Positions 1 to 14,079 of a stretch of 64,000 nucleotides of DNA are shown one piece after another. The stretch is from Eledone cirrhosa (lineage: Eukaryota): contig OZ024741.1 of assembly GCA_964016885.1 (NCBI GenBank), forward strand, positions 290,966,001-291,030,000. Direction: 5' to 3'. The position numbers were made by a program, and so were the translations under genes. Below the pieces are notes generated by a model that searched no databases, was not told where the DNA came from, and saw nothing but the letters and a program-made list of their open reading frames with translations. Numbering within the stretch: position 1 is the first letter of the stretch; each line of letters starts with the position of its first letter.

Positions 1-1441
1 CTGCTTTTCGTCGTGTGACTTTCTTGAAGCGGGGTTCTTTAGAAAATACAAAAGACACACATACACGTAGATATATATTTATATTTTGACAGAAATATAA
101 ACATGTGTTTGTATATAAATTAATATGAGCGTTCTCAATGTTAAAATAAGTGAATATACACATACACACACACACAATATCTATCCATCCATCTATCTAT
201 CTTTATATATATACGTGTGTGTGTCTCAGAGCACTTAACTCCATGTGGATTCGTGAGAATGCCGTGCCGTCATGAAATACGGAATTTATTAGGTATTTAA
301 ACATGGTGAGCCTATCTCTCGCGTAGCCAATAATTTCTAGACCAACACATAGCGCGCGAGCGAGCGACAAAGAGTGATAGAGTGTGTGCGAGAAAAAGCG
401 TGTAAATTATATAGTGGATGGAATTTTCTTGTATTTATTGATCTAGAAGAGTTAAAGACAAAACTAATCCTCAGCGGAATTTGAATTCAGAAAGCCTACC
501 GCCGGAACTAATACCACATAGGATTTTATGTAAAATTATAACAATTCGTGTGTGTGGTTGTGTGCGCGCTCGTGTGTGTTTGTGTGCGTACGTGGTGAGA
601 AAACGAATTTGATATTGTAAAATTGGCCTATATCAGAGAAAAATACTATTTTAACTCATAGAAAAATCGATAAAATAACCAAATACTGTATGGGCAAAAA
701 TGTTTAAGGACAGACACCATCGACTAGTGGTCGACAAAAGAGACAATCCACGAGGTGGGTGACAATCAGTTGAAATATAGAAAAGATTGAGAGATGGGGA
801 GGACAAAGAGAACTTTGTTGGCGCATAGAAGTGTCTGGAAGAAGAAATTAAAGTAAACAATGCTTATTCATTTAACTATTTTAACTGTTGTCACGGTTCC
901 CTCTTAGACGTGAAATACCACTTCTTTTGCGAGCACTGGGACTTCAATATCAATGTATAATAGTTTTTTTTTTACGCAAAATGGCATCAGTTTCTTAACG
1001 CTCTCTCACGTTTTACGTATATATGTAAGATTTAACATATTTAATGTTAGCATGTTTAAATGTGTGAATATATTAAATTTACACATTTAAACATGCGTAA
1101 ATATATTTAGAAGAAATAAACTTCGTAATTAAATAATATTGTACTTATTATGTCAGCAACTTCTAATTTCTTGTTTCGGTAGTATTCAGGTAGACTTCAC
1201 CAGACTTTGCATAGACACATAGTTATGTGCGCTTAATTATGTATGTATGTACGTATGCATGCATATATGTATTTAAGCATGCATGTATGTGTTTGTTTGT
1301 TAAACCATACTACATATTACACGGTGTTTCCCGTCTCCGTTCTTCAGCAAATGCAAATTGCGAATAGCGGTTCGTGAAGTTTCCAGCCTACAAGAAATAT
1401 GATAATGCTAACATACGCACCGTGTGATCTTTTTTCGAATC

Positions 1442-1563
<122 letters not shown>

Positions 1564-2295
1564 TTGTGTAAGTGCATGTGTGTATGTGCATTTTCCTGTT
1601 TTCGGCCATGTATATTTAGGTGTGTGCGTTTGATTTTGTAAGGGTGTGTAGTAAAGAGAAAGCAAGGTGCCAGGGCGTCGAATGCGCTACAGAAATTTGG
1701 CACGTAAGTCTGTTGTTGTACATTGGCTCAGTTTGTTTTATGTGTAAGAGGAATAGGTAAGGGTATTTTCTGAGAAATTAACTGCGGTAGTCTAGCGTCA
1801 TGTTTGAAATTTGAATGGATGTGTCTCTTCATTTACTAAAAGCTATCTTACGTAAACCTCCTCTTTGTAACATCTGCCACATTAATTGTTACGATTTCTA
1901 TAAACGAAAGAAAGCAAACAATCATTAAAAAACCCGCAAATATGAAGGTACTATAAAATATTAACAGATGCACAGACAGCCTACCAAAGAAACGGTTTCG
2001 TAGATAAATAGATAGATAGATATATAAATACAGAGATAAACAGATAAATAAATATATCTATAGGTATCCAGATATTATAGATCTAAACAGTAATCGATAA
2101 GGATATAATGACACATCAGAACTCTTGTTTTGAAGAAAACATAAGAATGACAATAAGAATAGGAAATAATATATTCATTTAGAATATATAAACACACGAC
2201 ACAATTTATAAAAGTAAGAATTAGATTCTTAATCTCATGTCTTTCTATGTCTGCTACGTTGCATTTGATTGTTCCATAACTGGTGGCCTTTATTT

Positions 2296-2340
<45 letters not shown>

Positions 2341-2459
2341 CATCTGTATACATATATATATATATACACACACAGATGGTTTTACATATTGGACTTCAAT
2401 TAATCGTTTTATATCATAACCACTATGTACATTTCAATGTCATTATGTATTTGTCTTTC

Positions 2460-2640
2460 GGTGGATTGGCAGTATCGGTAGAGGGTCGGACGCCATGCTT
2501 TCCAGCAGAGTTACGTCCCTTTACGATCTGAGTTCAAATCCCGCCGAGGTTGACTTTGCCTTTCATCCTTACGGGGTCAATAAAATAAAGTACCAGTAAT
2601 GCACTGGGTAATTGCTGGCCTTGTGTCTAAAGTAGAAACA
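2460..2640 (+). mobile_element. tRNA-derived SINE family A, full length
   Basis: A-box-like TGGCAGTATCGG, B-box-like GTTCAAATCC, core GCCTTTCATCCTTACGGGGTC. 18-bp TSD attatgtatttgtctttc at 2442-2459 and 2641-2658. Confidence 0.92.
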
Positions 2641-3426
2641 ATTATGTATTTGTCTTTCAGCATTTCCGTTCCCTGCTTCAAAGTACTGGTGAGGCGATAT
2701 TATCAATAATATTATCAAAAGTAGTGGCTACAAGCAATAACTGAAACTAGTAAAGTAACCTTATCTAAGGGCTCAAATTTGAGGGAGGGACTTAAAATGA
2801 AATAGTCGATTATATCAATCTAGATCTTGAATGGTATTTAATTTGTTATCGACAGGGTCAGGAACAAAGTTTCCTCACCGATTACGTAAACTTTATTACT
2901 ATTTAGATGAAAATATTTCTTTTAAATTCATGTTCTTATAAAATCAATTTATATTTTAACAGAAAAATAATGTTTTAGAATATAGAAGACAATATAACGT
3001 TTAGTAAACCATTTCCACGATGAAAAGACCAGACACTTGTAAAGGAATGTGACAAAAATGCCCATGGTATTTTGTTCAATACTCCAAGTCGATGTCCAAC
3101 AATGGCTCCCCATATTTATGGCACAGATCATTAAATCCTGTCCTTCTTAAAATGTCGGCCCTCTGGAATTTCATGCAGACATTAGTTTTTAGTTCACTCC
3201 GATTTGGCTGTGGCCCCTGGGAGATTTCAAAGGTCAGGTGGACACAGTTCATCGCCTTTAGACCAAAACGAAAACGTACGCACTAGATTAATAAAATAAC
3301 ATGCAAGACCAAGGGTAGCCCCATTTTAAAACCCATACAAATTAAGAAGGATAAGCAATAGTCAGGAAAACGTTGACTGAGCTCTCAATAAGACATATTA
3401 GAAAATAAGAAACTAGTAAAACTTAC

Positions 3427-3592
3427 CGTGTTCTGAATATTCTGAAGCTTGAGCTCTTACTTTTCCATAAGGACCAAGTTCTATATATTCATCAGTACAT
3501 CGCGATCTAATTAGTACCTTCTGTGGTGTTTGAAACTCTCGGTTAATTTCACTGCGTTTATGACTCTCCAGGTAATCAGAATAATTGTAAGA
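3427..3592 (-). CDS. FGF8/17/18: FGF8/17/18-family ligand, first core exon (SYNYSDYLESHKRSEINREFQTPQKVLIRSRCTDEYIELGPYGKVRAQASEYSEH+G)
   Basis: 166-nt open exon between a pyrimidine-tract TAG acceptor and a G|GTAAGT donor (phase 0 to 1). It aligns by eye to FGF8 PNFTQHV...[32 protein letters not shown]|A, including the N-x-S/T sequon and the phase-1 intron position. Confidence 0.85.
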
Positions 3593-5760
3593 CTATATCA
3601 GAGACAGAGATAGAAAGATAAAAGATAGACTGAGACAAAGAACATTGCAATATATACATACATTCACACACATGTACATATATATACTTACAGATAGGCG
3701 CGTATACTATACATATATTTACGTATGTATATTTATATATATATGCGCGGCATATATATTAAATATATTTCAAGAGGAATATGATGATGTGGTTTTAGAT
3801 TGTGTTTTGCTCTAGAGAAGCCCTAATTAAACAGACCTATGTTCAAAGGTATTTCAGAAGTAATCAGCATGTCTTTCTCTCGAACACAATTTATCAAGGA
3901 ATACGTTGTCGTTCCTCTTAATTCTACGACGGTATAGTATGATTTTAGGATGCATTTCCCTGCATATGTATCATTCTTAATCTTCAATATATATTTATTT
4001 TAAAAAGAGCTCATACTCTTTCACGATATATTAAGATAATATTGATTCCTAACGATTTAACACAGAAAATACACTAGATTATAAGCAGAACGGTAAAATT
4101 CATGTCGGCGAGATTTGTTCTCAGAAAGTGAACAGCCAAAATTATTGCCAGAAGAAAAAGTCACGAATCTACTACAATAGTAAAAACAACGAAAATAACG
4201 TCTAATAATTTTAGGTAATATAAAATTGATTAAATCGACCCCTAGTATGTGAGTGGCATTTCATGTTATCGGTCCCAGAAGGATAAAAGACAAAGTTGAC
4301 CTCGATGGGATTTGAGCCTGAACAATTAGTTCTAACGGCGAACATTATCAAGTGTTCTTTTCGAGGACGGTAGAGTCTGATTTGAAAGAGATTGGTTATT
4401 TCTTTAGCGGGTCGGATTCTCTATTTCTCTATTTATTTATTTATTTATTTATTTATTTGATAATCATTTTTATTGGTTGAATTCTTGCGATCAGCTTCAC
4501 AATTTACATTTTGTTGTTGTTATTGTAGTTCTTAATTTTATTGGTGCTGGTGGTGTTGTGTTGTTGTTTGGTTGTTGTGGATTAGATCAAGGTCAGCAGT
4601 AATGCAACAGATCCAATGTTTTCTACCAATGACAATCCCATATTTTCATTTTTTTTATGTATAATTTTTCTTATCCCAGAATAATTGTGGTACCCAATCA
4701 GGGTTTGTGCGTTTGAGTTCAAATTTCACCCCCGTCTGCCAGTATTTGCGACCAGCAGACAGCATCAGCAATGGAAGTTCAAATAGAAATATTTTTTTTT
4801 TTTGTCCAATCTAACCATCGATTTCTTTTCCGCTTATTCTTTGCAGATCATACACTGGGAGTTCGAGTCCTAGAAAACAGTTTCAATTCATGACCAGAAT
4901 AGTTTTGCCCCATTTCATCCTTTTTTACGAAAATGAAAATTATTACCAGAACACTTTCACACGAGTACACAAAATATCCAGTCTTCAATTTAACAAAAAT
5001 AGATTAATTTGGCTTCAAAAAGATACCCTCAAAACATTTTCTTTAGCTCCATCAGTTTCACGGCGTGATATAAATCAAATATAATTGTTTCTCGAATGGA
5101 AAGTTATAAGACTACCACAACTGAGGAAAGAGAAAATGCAACGAAACATGGGTTGAAACAACGTTACGTGTCTCGGCAACGACATGGTCTGTATGCTTTA
5201 CGTATATTCAATGTCTACTCTTATTCCGAAGAATTCTTCCCTGAAGACGGAATTTAAATTATTCTAATGTTTCGAAATAACTATATGTAATTTGTTTAAT
5301 GATTTCTCTGAATTGATAATTTATTAGTATATTTTGATATTCTTACATTGATATATCTGAGTATTTGAGACAAATACCATTTCAATTTATTTATTTAGAG
5401 AGAGAGATATCAGGATCTTAATAGTTTTCAACCGCGTGTATGTGTGTGTGTGTGTGTGTGATGTATACCAAGTGTTGCAATTTTATATACATATACTACG
5501 TGCCGTGAATAAAATAAGCCATATGTAAATTCAGAAATTCAAAAGCAACAACAGCAACAAATTTTAACAATGTTAAAAGTGAGTAAGTTAGCGGTAGACT
5601 ATGTTAATAGAGAGGCATTTGAAAGTTTTCAGCTTTAGCAAATAATCAAGAAACAAACAAACATGCAGCATATATTATGTATACATTCTTTGGCTTCCAA
5701 ACCACTAAACTATTTAGAATTCCCGAAGCAACAGTCGCACGCACTCACACACACTTAAAC

Positions 5761-5796
<36 letters not shown>

Positions 5797-7066
5797 GTAT
5801 GTCACTTGCATACGTATACATAAGGTGGATATATATGTTTATACATGTGTGTGTGTGTGTGTGTGTGCGTGCGCGTGTGCGTGTGCGTGTGCGTGTGCGT
5901 GCGCGCGTAAGTGACAAATTGCCAAAATTGTTAGAGTTAGCTGGATTGTCTTGCGATATTTGCTTATGCCCATCTCGAGGTGCGAACTTTGCCTTCCATG
6001 CATTCTATTTCACTAGGTATCATTATATAATCGGCTGAAATAAATTGTATTGCAGTATTTATTCATACTCTCTGCAATCTAATTTGAACTCTGCCGTGCT
6101 CAAATTTGCCTTTCATCTATCCGAAGTCGATAAATGAGGTACTCAGATATGGCTATGGAAAGACGGAATTAGTTAGAGAATCAGAAGACATCAAGCTCAG
6201 AATCTGTTCAATCCCTTTGTGTTCTAAACATAAATTCCATCTTCTAACCATATGCATAGTTAAAATATAACAACAACACTGATAGAAAGCAGGAAGTCTT
6301 ATTAGTTTCGCTATATATATAGATAACGATTGATCTAATGAAGAGGCTCCGGTTACTTTATTTTTTTCTAATCAATCTACATAATGTCTTCCCTTTCTTA
6401 AACGGTGGCCTATATCAGGACGATGCACTCTTCACATTTCACTGCAATAAATGAAACCTAGAAGAAACAAAAAGGCACGTACATATCCTACAGACATTTT
6501 ATTCCTTTGAAGCTTAAAATCATATCGCATAATGCTTTTGGAACTCCGTGGCTTTTATTTCTGACATTTGTTTATCGCATGCCTACATGGTAATCAGACT
6601 ATTATTCCACAAATCTAAAAGTTTATTTCCTGGTGAGATGTTTGAAATGCAATTCCCATTTTGTCGTTTTAATTAAATAATTAATAATTTGCAAATAGTT
6701 ACAGATGTTTACAATTGCAATTCAATGAATTGAAACGATCTTAAAAATCAATAAATTAATTTGAATTCCATAGAAACTTTGGTTATTCCCGTAAATTGCT
6801 TGCTTGCTTGCGCGCACACACAAAAGAAAGAAAGAGAAATCGAAGGTCCAGTTCAAAATATCTTATTTTTATTCACGCAAAAGACGCGATTTTCGAAGAA
6901 AATATGTATGAAACTTCGGTATCTCTCTTAATATGCATATTCTGCCAAGACAAAACAAAACATCTTTTGGTGTTAATCCACATTTTTAACCCTGAGTATG
7001 CATTTCAAGTAAAAGCATAGAGTTCTGAAACAGGCGACAGATGGTTACATTTGGAAATATATATAT

Positions 7067-8210
7067 CTAGGGCGGGTAAAATTCCCGAGATCCATGGACG
7101 AGTTCTCTCCAGCGGTCTCTGTCCCTCATTATCGCTGCCATGTCCTGCGTCTCCAACAGACCAGTGTCTGTCCTTAGGGCATCAACATACGTTAACCTTG
7201 GTCTTCCTCTTCCAGTGTGTCCATGTAGGGGCTCCCACAGGAGCACTGAGTGCAATATCAACTCTGGATGTCGGTGATCATGTCCAGCTAACCTCAGTTT
7301 CCTCCGTGTCACTTTTGAGCTGACATTTGGGAGGCTCCCATAGAGCTCTGAGTTTTTCATCCTCAGGGTATACTGATTAATGTTCAGAGCTATCCTCAGC
7401 ATTCTCGTGTAGCACCCATCCACCATCTGAGTGAGTTTCTTGGTCAGTGTCCAAGTCTCAGACCCGTACAGCATCACAGACTCCACTACAGCAATGAAGA
7501 GGCGGATTTTCAGGTCTTTACGAAGGTCCGACTTCCACACCGATCTCTCAACCACATCATCATCCGTATTCCCAATCTTTGCTCTCAAATACAGGAAGTC
7601 CTCAACCAACTCTAGCGGCTTCCCGCCTACATTAGTGATCCACTCTGGCTTCTCAACATTCTCTCCCAGATATTTTGTTTTAGTCTCATTCATTCTTAGC
7701 CCCACACTCATCGACAGTCTCTCAACCTCCTGCATCAAATCCTCTGTCTCCTTCACTGTATTTGTCACCAAAACTATGTCGTCGGCAAATTCAGCATCTG
7801 ATACCTTTTTCGCCTTAACTCTCTTGCTTTGAGCCGGTGCTACAGTAAAGTCAGAGTCCTGGTGGCTTCAGAGAGGGAAGATCAACCACCAGTCACATCC
7901 TGATGCTGAGGAGGATATTAGAGGGAGCTAGAGCAAAGTGCCTTCCTGCGGTCATGGTTTTCATTGACTATAAGAAGACCTTTGATTCTGTGGACCGTCA
8001 CTTCCTCATGAAGATCTTACAGGCTTATGGAATCCCCAAGAAGATAGTGGACCTGATATCACTGCTCTATACCAACACCAATGCCCAAGTCATTACACCT
8101 GATGGGATGACAGTTCTTTGAGATACTGGCTGGAGTGCTCCAGGGAGATACATTGGCTCCCTATCTTTTTATCATCGTAGCGGACTATTGTATGCGCCTT
8201 GCACTGGAGA
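7067..8210 (-). mobile_element. RTE-clade LINE, 5'-truncated with an inverted 5' segment
   Basis: Minus 7863-7067 encodes AEFADDIVL...MLYGSETWTL...LRLAGH...GRGRPRLTYVD, then a stop and (AT)n. Plus 7864-8210 encodes the preceding RT part FIDYKKTFDSV...GVLQGDTLAPYLFII, with a frameshift near 8115. Both ends abut (TA)n. Confidence 0.93.
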
Positions 8211-8457
8211 ATATATATATATATATATATATATAATAAGGAGTTGATGGACCCAGCATATTTATTAATGCCAGGACTGGTTGTATCTCAGCGCACTCAA
8301 TGGGCAATGTAAGATACATTCCCAGAATATACACATAGTTATTCGCTTTAATACAATACACGTAACACGGGTGCCTATAATAGTTCCCGGACTCGAGTTT
8401 CGGCCGCACTTAATGCAGCAGTAAGGTGCACTGCACCATCCGTCTGCATATAGTATG

Positions 8458-8501
<44 letters not shown>

Positions 8502-8814
8502 GTAGAATTGCTTGAGGAGGAGTGCTCTACATAAAATGAATACATTTAGATAAAATAGCGTAAATCTGCAATGTATCAAAACTTCATATATTTCTTCATC
8601 CCTCTATGCGCATGTTCAGAAAGAAGTTAGTGAAGAAGCCACTATGAGCTCACCGATGATGCTAGAAGTATCAGTTATACCTAGTTTAAAACACACCATA
8701 CTCCTTTTAAAATCATACTTGGGTGATATAATTTAGATTACTCTATCGTAAAAGAAAAGACAGGATGGTCTATCTTTACACTCATAACTGAAAGCGGAAG
8801 AAAAGTCTCCGATT

Positions 8815-8895
8815 ACACACACACACACACACACATACATACATACATACATACATACATACATACATACATACATACATACATACATACATACA

Positions 8896-8941
<46 letters not shown>
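8815..8941. repeat. (CA)n(CATA)n(TA)n compound microsatellite
   Basis: Direct reading. Confidence 0.95.
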
Positions 8942-10869
8942 ATAGGCTAAGGAAAACATCTGTCCGTGCTTCTCTTTATTTTGGTAATAAATCCATTTAC
9001 ATTTTTCTTATGGAAATCAGGGTGTTATGTTCTGAGGACTAGACTAGCAAAACATCCCAATGTGGTCCTTTATATCAGAGATCGATAAAATACATATTAG
9101 GCACAAATCAGTAACTGTGTTAATACGTTCAATTAAATCTCTTAAAGACGTTGCCTCGGCATGCATGCAGTCCAATGATAACATACAGTAATATATATAT
9201 ATGACTGTATTTCTGTCCGCTTGATTCAAGTTATGTGCTTTGGTGCCAGATGGTGATAGCATAGTCTGTGTTTTGTGCAGGTTATATTGATAAGTGGCAA
9301 CTGTGTTGAATGGGAAAGGCGTTATAGGTTGTATTATAACGAGGAGTATCGGTTATGAGTAAACGACGAATAAGATAAGTTGTTAGGGCATCGGTTAAAT
9401 TTTCTTGTTTTATATTTCCCAGCTCTCTCTCTCTGCTCCGAGATCATATCCTGCCAAGTTTAGAATTGCTTTTCGTTCTTACAGTAGTCGACAGAGAAAA
9501 TAAAAACCAGGCCGACGAATTGGAGACATTTTTAGAGTTTTGGACGAAATAACTCGCGTAATCTCTTCCTTCCCGTTGCATTCTGTGTTCAAATTCTACA
9601 TCTAGCATCGGGCATCGTTTGGTTGGATATAAATGCATCCATAAAAACTTGGTTAACCGGGAGTAACCTTCCAAATAAACAATCTGAAACGGTGTATTTG
9701 GCAGATATACTAATTTCATTCGTTGTAAGTGGATATTTTTCGGAGCAGTGATTGCTGTCAGGTGGGAGCAAGTGGCGTAAAGTGTAGTCGGAGAGTGTGA
9801 GTATGTGAGTTCTGTTTCAAGATAGCAGAATAATCACTCAGAATGGAAGGCAGTCAGGGGTCTTGCGTTGCACCAGAAATGTTTGATACCAATGAATGCA
9901 ACATTTACATTTAACTTAATAGATTTTTCTAACCCTGTGTTTCATCTACTGGAAATATCAGTCAAATCTCACACTAGCGTCATAACTAAAAAAGAAAACG
10001 TGAACTACCGTCATTTCACTGACGCTTAAATGACGTGGTGGTCAATTGTGGAGAGCTCTTAGTCATTGATCGGCTAGATTACTGTTCATCAGAATCAATA
10101 ACAAATGTTTCTAAACTATGAACACTCATGCAAAATGTAGGATGTTTTATCTCATGTCGTAAATGAATATATACAGTCAGCTATATAACCATACACCAAA
10201 CATTCACAGAAATATCTATATACATACACCACTACACACATCCATACACGCAAATACTGTGTGTGCGCGTATGTATGTAATATATATATATAAGAAAATA
10301 TATACTTTGTGTGTATGCTTTTAAAAAATGATAAAAGCAAATAAATTAAAAAGAATCTCAAAATAATAGTGCAATACATTAATGTACAAAATAATAAAAT
10401 AATTTAAAAGTTGGATTAACGTATGTGTACATGTGTGTTGGTTTATGTGCAGTGATTGAGTGTGCGTGTATGTATAATAGATAATGTAATCTTAGATTAA
10501 CCACAGCTGTAATTGCATGCTATATTTTACAAATGATCTTATGATTTTTTTTTATGCTCAAAATTCACAGATTATTCAAAAATTCAAGTCATATAATCAT
10601 GCCATTCATATATTATTTCGTAATATGCACGTCATATGTCAAGATAGTATGCACACAATGCCCCATGCCATGCTATACAGTTTCATGCAAGTATATTGAA
10701 TATTTCATGCACCTTTTCTGATCGCTCCTATGAAATCTTTTGACATTATTTTACCTGTGCTTATATATTATAATATTACTCCCAGCAATGCTGCAGAAGC
10801 ATTAATTTATGTTCCTCCATTTTTCTCTATCATTGCCTCCAATTTTGCTCCTCTGAAATCGAACTTAAA

Positions 10870-11565
10870 GCATCATCATCACCAATACCACCACCACAAC
10901 CATCACCACCAGTGTCAAATGTCACCAAGTGTCATCATCACCCAATATGACAAGAAAAGCATGGCCTTGAATATAATATACAACACCGAGAACTAACAAA
11001 CAACATGACTTACTACAACAACAGTCCGCATCTTACAGTCTATTACCAACTCTACTACCGTCTGCTCTACCAATAGAAGAACCATCTCATCAGTAGAAGA
11101 GCCACAGCAGCAATTAACATCAGCAGCAAAAATTTCCGTAACATTAAAAACACCAAAAACAACAATACCATCACCAACAACAAAAGCAACAACATAATCA
11201 GCAGCAACACACCACCAGCCTCACCCAAAGCAAAAGCAATAGCAATAATAACGACACACCACCACCACCATCAGGCAACAGCAACATATCATCAGCATCA
11301 CCAAAAGCAAATAACAGCAACACAACAATCACCAACAACAAAAGCAAGAACAAAACACAGCAGCAACACACCACCACCAAAACACCAGTATCGTATTACC
11401 CACCACCAAACAACAAAAACAGTAACACATCACATACAAGAACAACAACCAGAACAATCACGACAGCTAGCAATATCATAATGAACAGTACGAACAATAA
11501 CAACAGTCAACAAACAACAAACACCATACAACAAAAACAACACCAATACCGCCATGACTACACAA
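10870..11565. repeat. Degenerate CAA/CAC/CAG low-complexity tract
   Basis: Direct reading. Confidence 0.85.
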
Positions 11566-12054
11566 ATAAATGGTTGTCAGCGTATCAAAAATAATGATGA
11601 GGATTGAAATAATTCACTTCCTTACAACACCACCATCATCACGTCTACGTAATACTGTTGTCTCATTCAATAATAAGCCAAAATATAGTTGTGTGGTTCT
11701 GTGTATATGTAGATGCTTTCGAAGTAATACATATCACTATATACAACAGTGCCTAACAGAATCACAAACACGGGCATCCAGAGAATTATGAAGTTTAAAT
11801 AAATTGGTATAGCCACATATTTCTCCGTCTTTCTTGGTTATTGAATATGATGAAAGTTCTGAAACCATAAATTATTGTCAATAAACCTTCTTCGACTGCT
11901 ATTGTATTCTGAACACCTTTTTTCTATATATATATATATATATATTATACATATATATATATAACAAAGAAAGTGTGGTAAGAAACCAGGTGTACCATAA
12001 CGAGCCAGAGTACTCGATACTTAGGGTAGTAGAGTAGGTAATAGGAAAAGAGTC

Positions 12055-12148
12055 AGGACTCCGATGGCTGAGCTCTGGCCGTTTCGTCAGCTAGATCCGA
12101 ACTCGGATCTAGCTGTCGAAACGGCCGGAGCTCAGCCATCGAGGTCCT
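12055..12148. repeat. Near-perfect palindrome (46-bp arms, 2-nt loop) within a Penelope-like insertion at 11963-12160
   Basis: Arms 12055-12100 and 12103-12148; a homolog lies in the opposite orientation at 45481-45625. Confidence 0.9.
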
Positions 12149-13042
12149 CTCTCCCCCTCTATATTATATATATATAGTCAGTGTGCGTGCGGGTGAGTAG
12201 GTGTGCGCACGTACGTGCGGGTATATCTCCCTGTAGCTGCATTATTATTAATGATGGCGGTATTTGTAATCATGACGGTAACTGTTGTTTTAGTTGAAAG
12301 TATACACACATACATATAGATATATATTCTAACACACACACACACACACACATCCACATAATTTATACATGAAACTCCGGACTATACCATTGGAATGGTT
12401 GCATATACTCGGTTACGTCCAGCCAGATACAGCCGTTCTTTCTTCTAGAATAAGAAAAAAAATACAAAAAAAAAAACGAAATAGCAAGGGTCTTATGCAT
12501 ACAATGTCGAGGATTATTATTGTTATTATTATTAATTTATATTATTATTATTATTATCATTGTTGTTATTATCGTTAGATATTAGAATATGGCACGAGTT
12601 GAAAATTATTCTTTAGTATATTAGGATTTGAAGAAGGGGAAAAAACACGCTGATAAGCAACATTATATATTATGTTTAGCTTTCGGACCGATATTCAGAG
12701 ACTTACAGAAATATAACAACATTAGAAATGGAAAGTTAATTCTGTAAGCAGCTCCGAAAACGATACATGATCATTTTCTAAGAATTATTTCAAATACATT
12801 TATATTCTCTACTATATATTATTGCATACATATTTGAAATGCTCCTTTGTCTCGTAATATATATATATATATATATAAAATAGTGTGTGTGTGGTGTGTG
12901 GTATGTGTGTGTGTATGTTCAATCTAATTCTATTAGTTATATCTACTAATCTAATATATACATTTTATTAACGCTAAATAGTGAGTCTTGTTACTCTGGA
13001 GATTCGCCTGTTTATTACAGGGTCAGCATCCGTCAACCACAT

Positions 13043-13077
<35 letters not shown>

Positions 13078-13985
13078 ATCGATCGACAAGTTCCCAGACC
13101 TCATTCGCTTAACGATGGGGGGGGGGGGGGGAGTTCATCAAATCGGGCCGAGGAAACGGTGTTTCCATTGGTCTTTCCAATTGCTATTACTATTTGTCGG
13201 TCGCCAATCCAGAGAAGTTGGGAATAAAGAGAGATATAAAGCTCCAGCATTAGATCAATTATGGCAGTAAAACTAACCAATCTAATAAAGATTGGAAATA
13301 GTAAGACGAAAAGCAAGCAGAAGCAGTCTGTATGTTAATTATATGTATTAATTATTATTACGAATATAACAATGACGACGATGACGACGATGTCGACGAA
13401 AAAGACGAAAATGACGACGATGATTTACTATGATCGCAAGGATTAAATGGTGAAAAATACAAACAATTATTTGTGCTGTTGATGACAACCGTGATTATGT
13501 GATGATGATTGATACTTCATTATATCAAAGTTGACGGTGATAATGGTGAGGAGAAGGAGGAGCGTGACGATGACAATGATCCCACTGATACTAAGATAAT
13601 TGTTAATGTTTTTGTCATATTTCATTCACAAGTACACACATATCTTAGATGGAAGTAATAACGTTCCATTCCCCTTCATATTTTATTGTCAGACCAAGCG
13701 TACATAGAATATCTAGAACTATATCATAAAATGGTATTTTTATTTTAAGATATTAGGGTATGATTTAAAGTAGGTATATGGCAGATGCTTCTAGCATTCT
13801 GCGAGACTGCGTTGATGGCCATGATAGTATTGATGGGGGTGATACCAATTGTACAACTTGTGGATGTGTAGTTAGTTGTAGCAGTCGTGTGGGTTTCGGT
13901 GATGTTAGAAAAGAGGCATGACGAGTACCCCACAGACAAACACACACACAAACATATGCAAAATCAGACACCAGGCACACACACA

Positions 13986-14018
<33 letters not shown>

Positions 14019-14025
14019 AATATAA

Positions 14026-14079
14026 AAGAGCTACAGGACTAGAACTGTTTCATTCATGAGAAATCATCAGGAAGCTCTT
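14026..14079 (-). ncRNA. Minimal hammerhead motif, same family, inserted in (TA)n
   Basis: agagcttc-CTGATGA-tttctcatgaat-GAAA-cag ttctagtc ctg-TA-gctct; stem I appears to carry a 3-nt deletion. Confidence 0.55.

Noticed and set aside
2460-2545. tRNA genes
   Set aside because: The A/B boxes belong to SINE heads; no cloverleaf.
4847-5260. Plus-strand acceptor and short ORFs
   Set aside because: No recognisable domain or partner exons.
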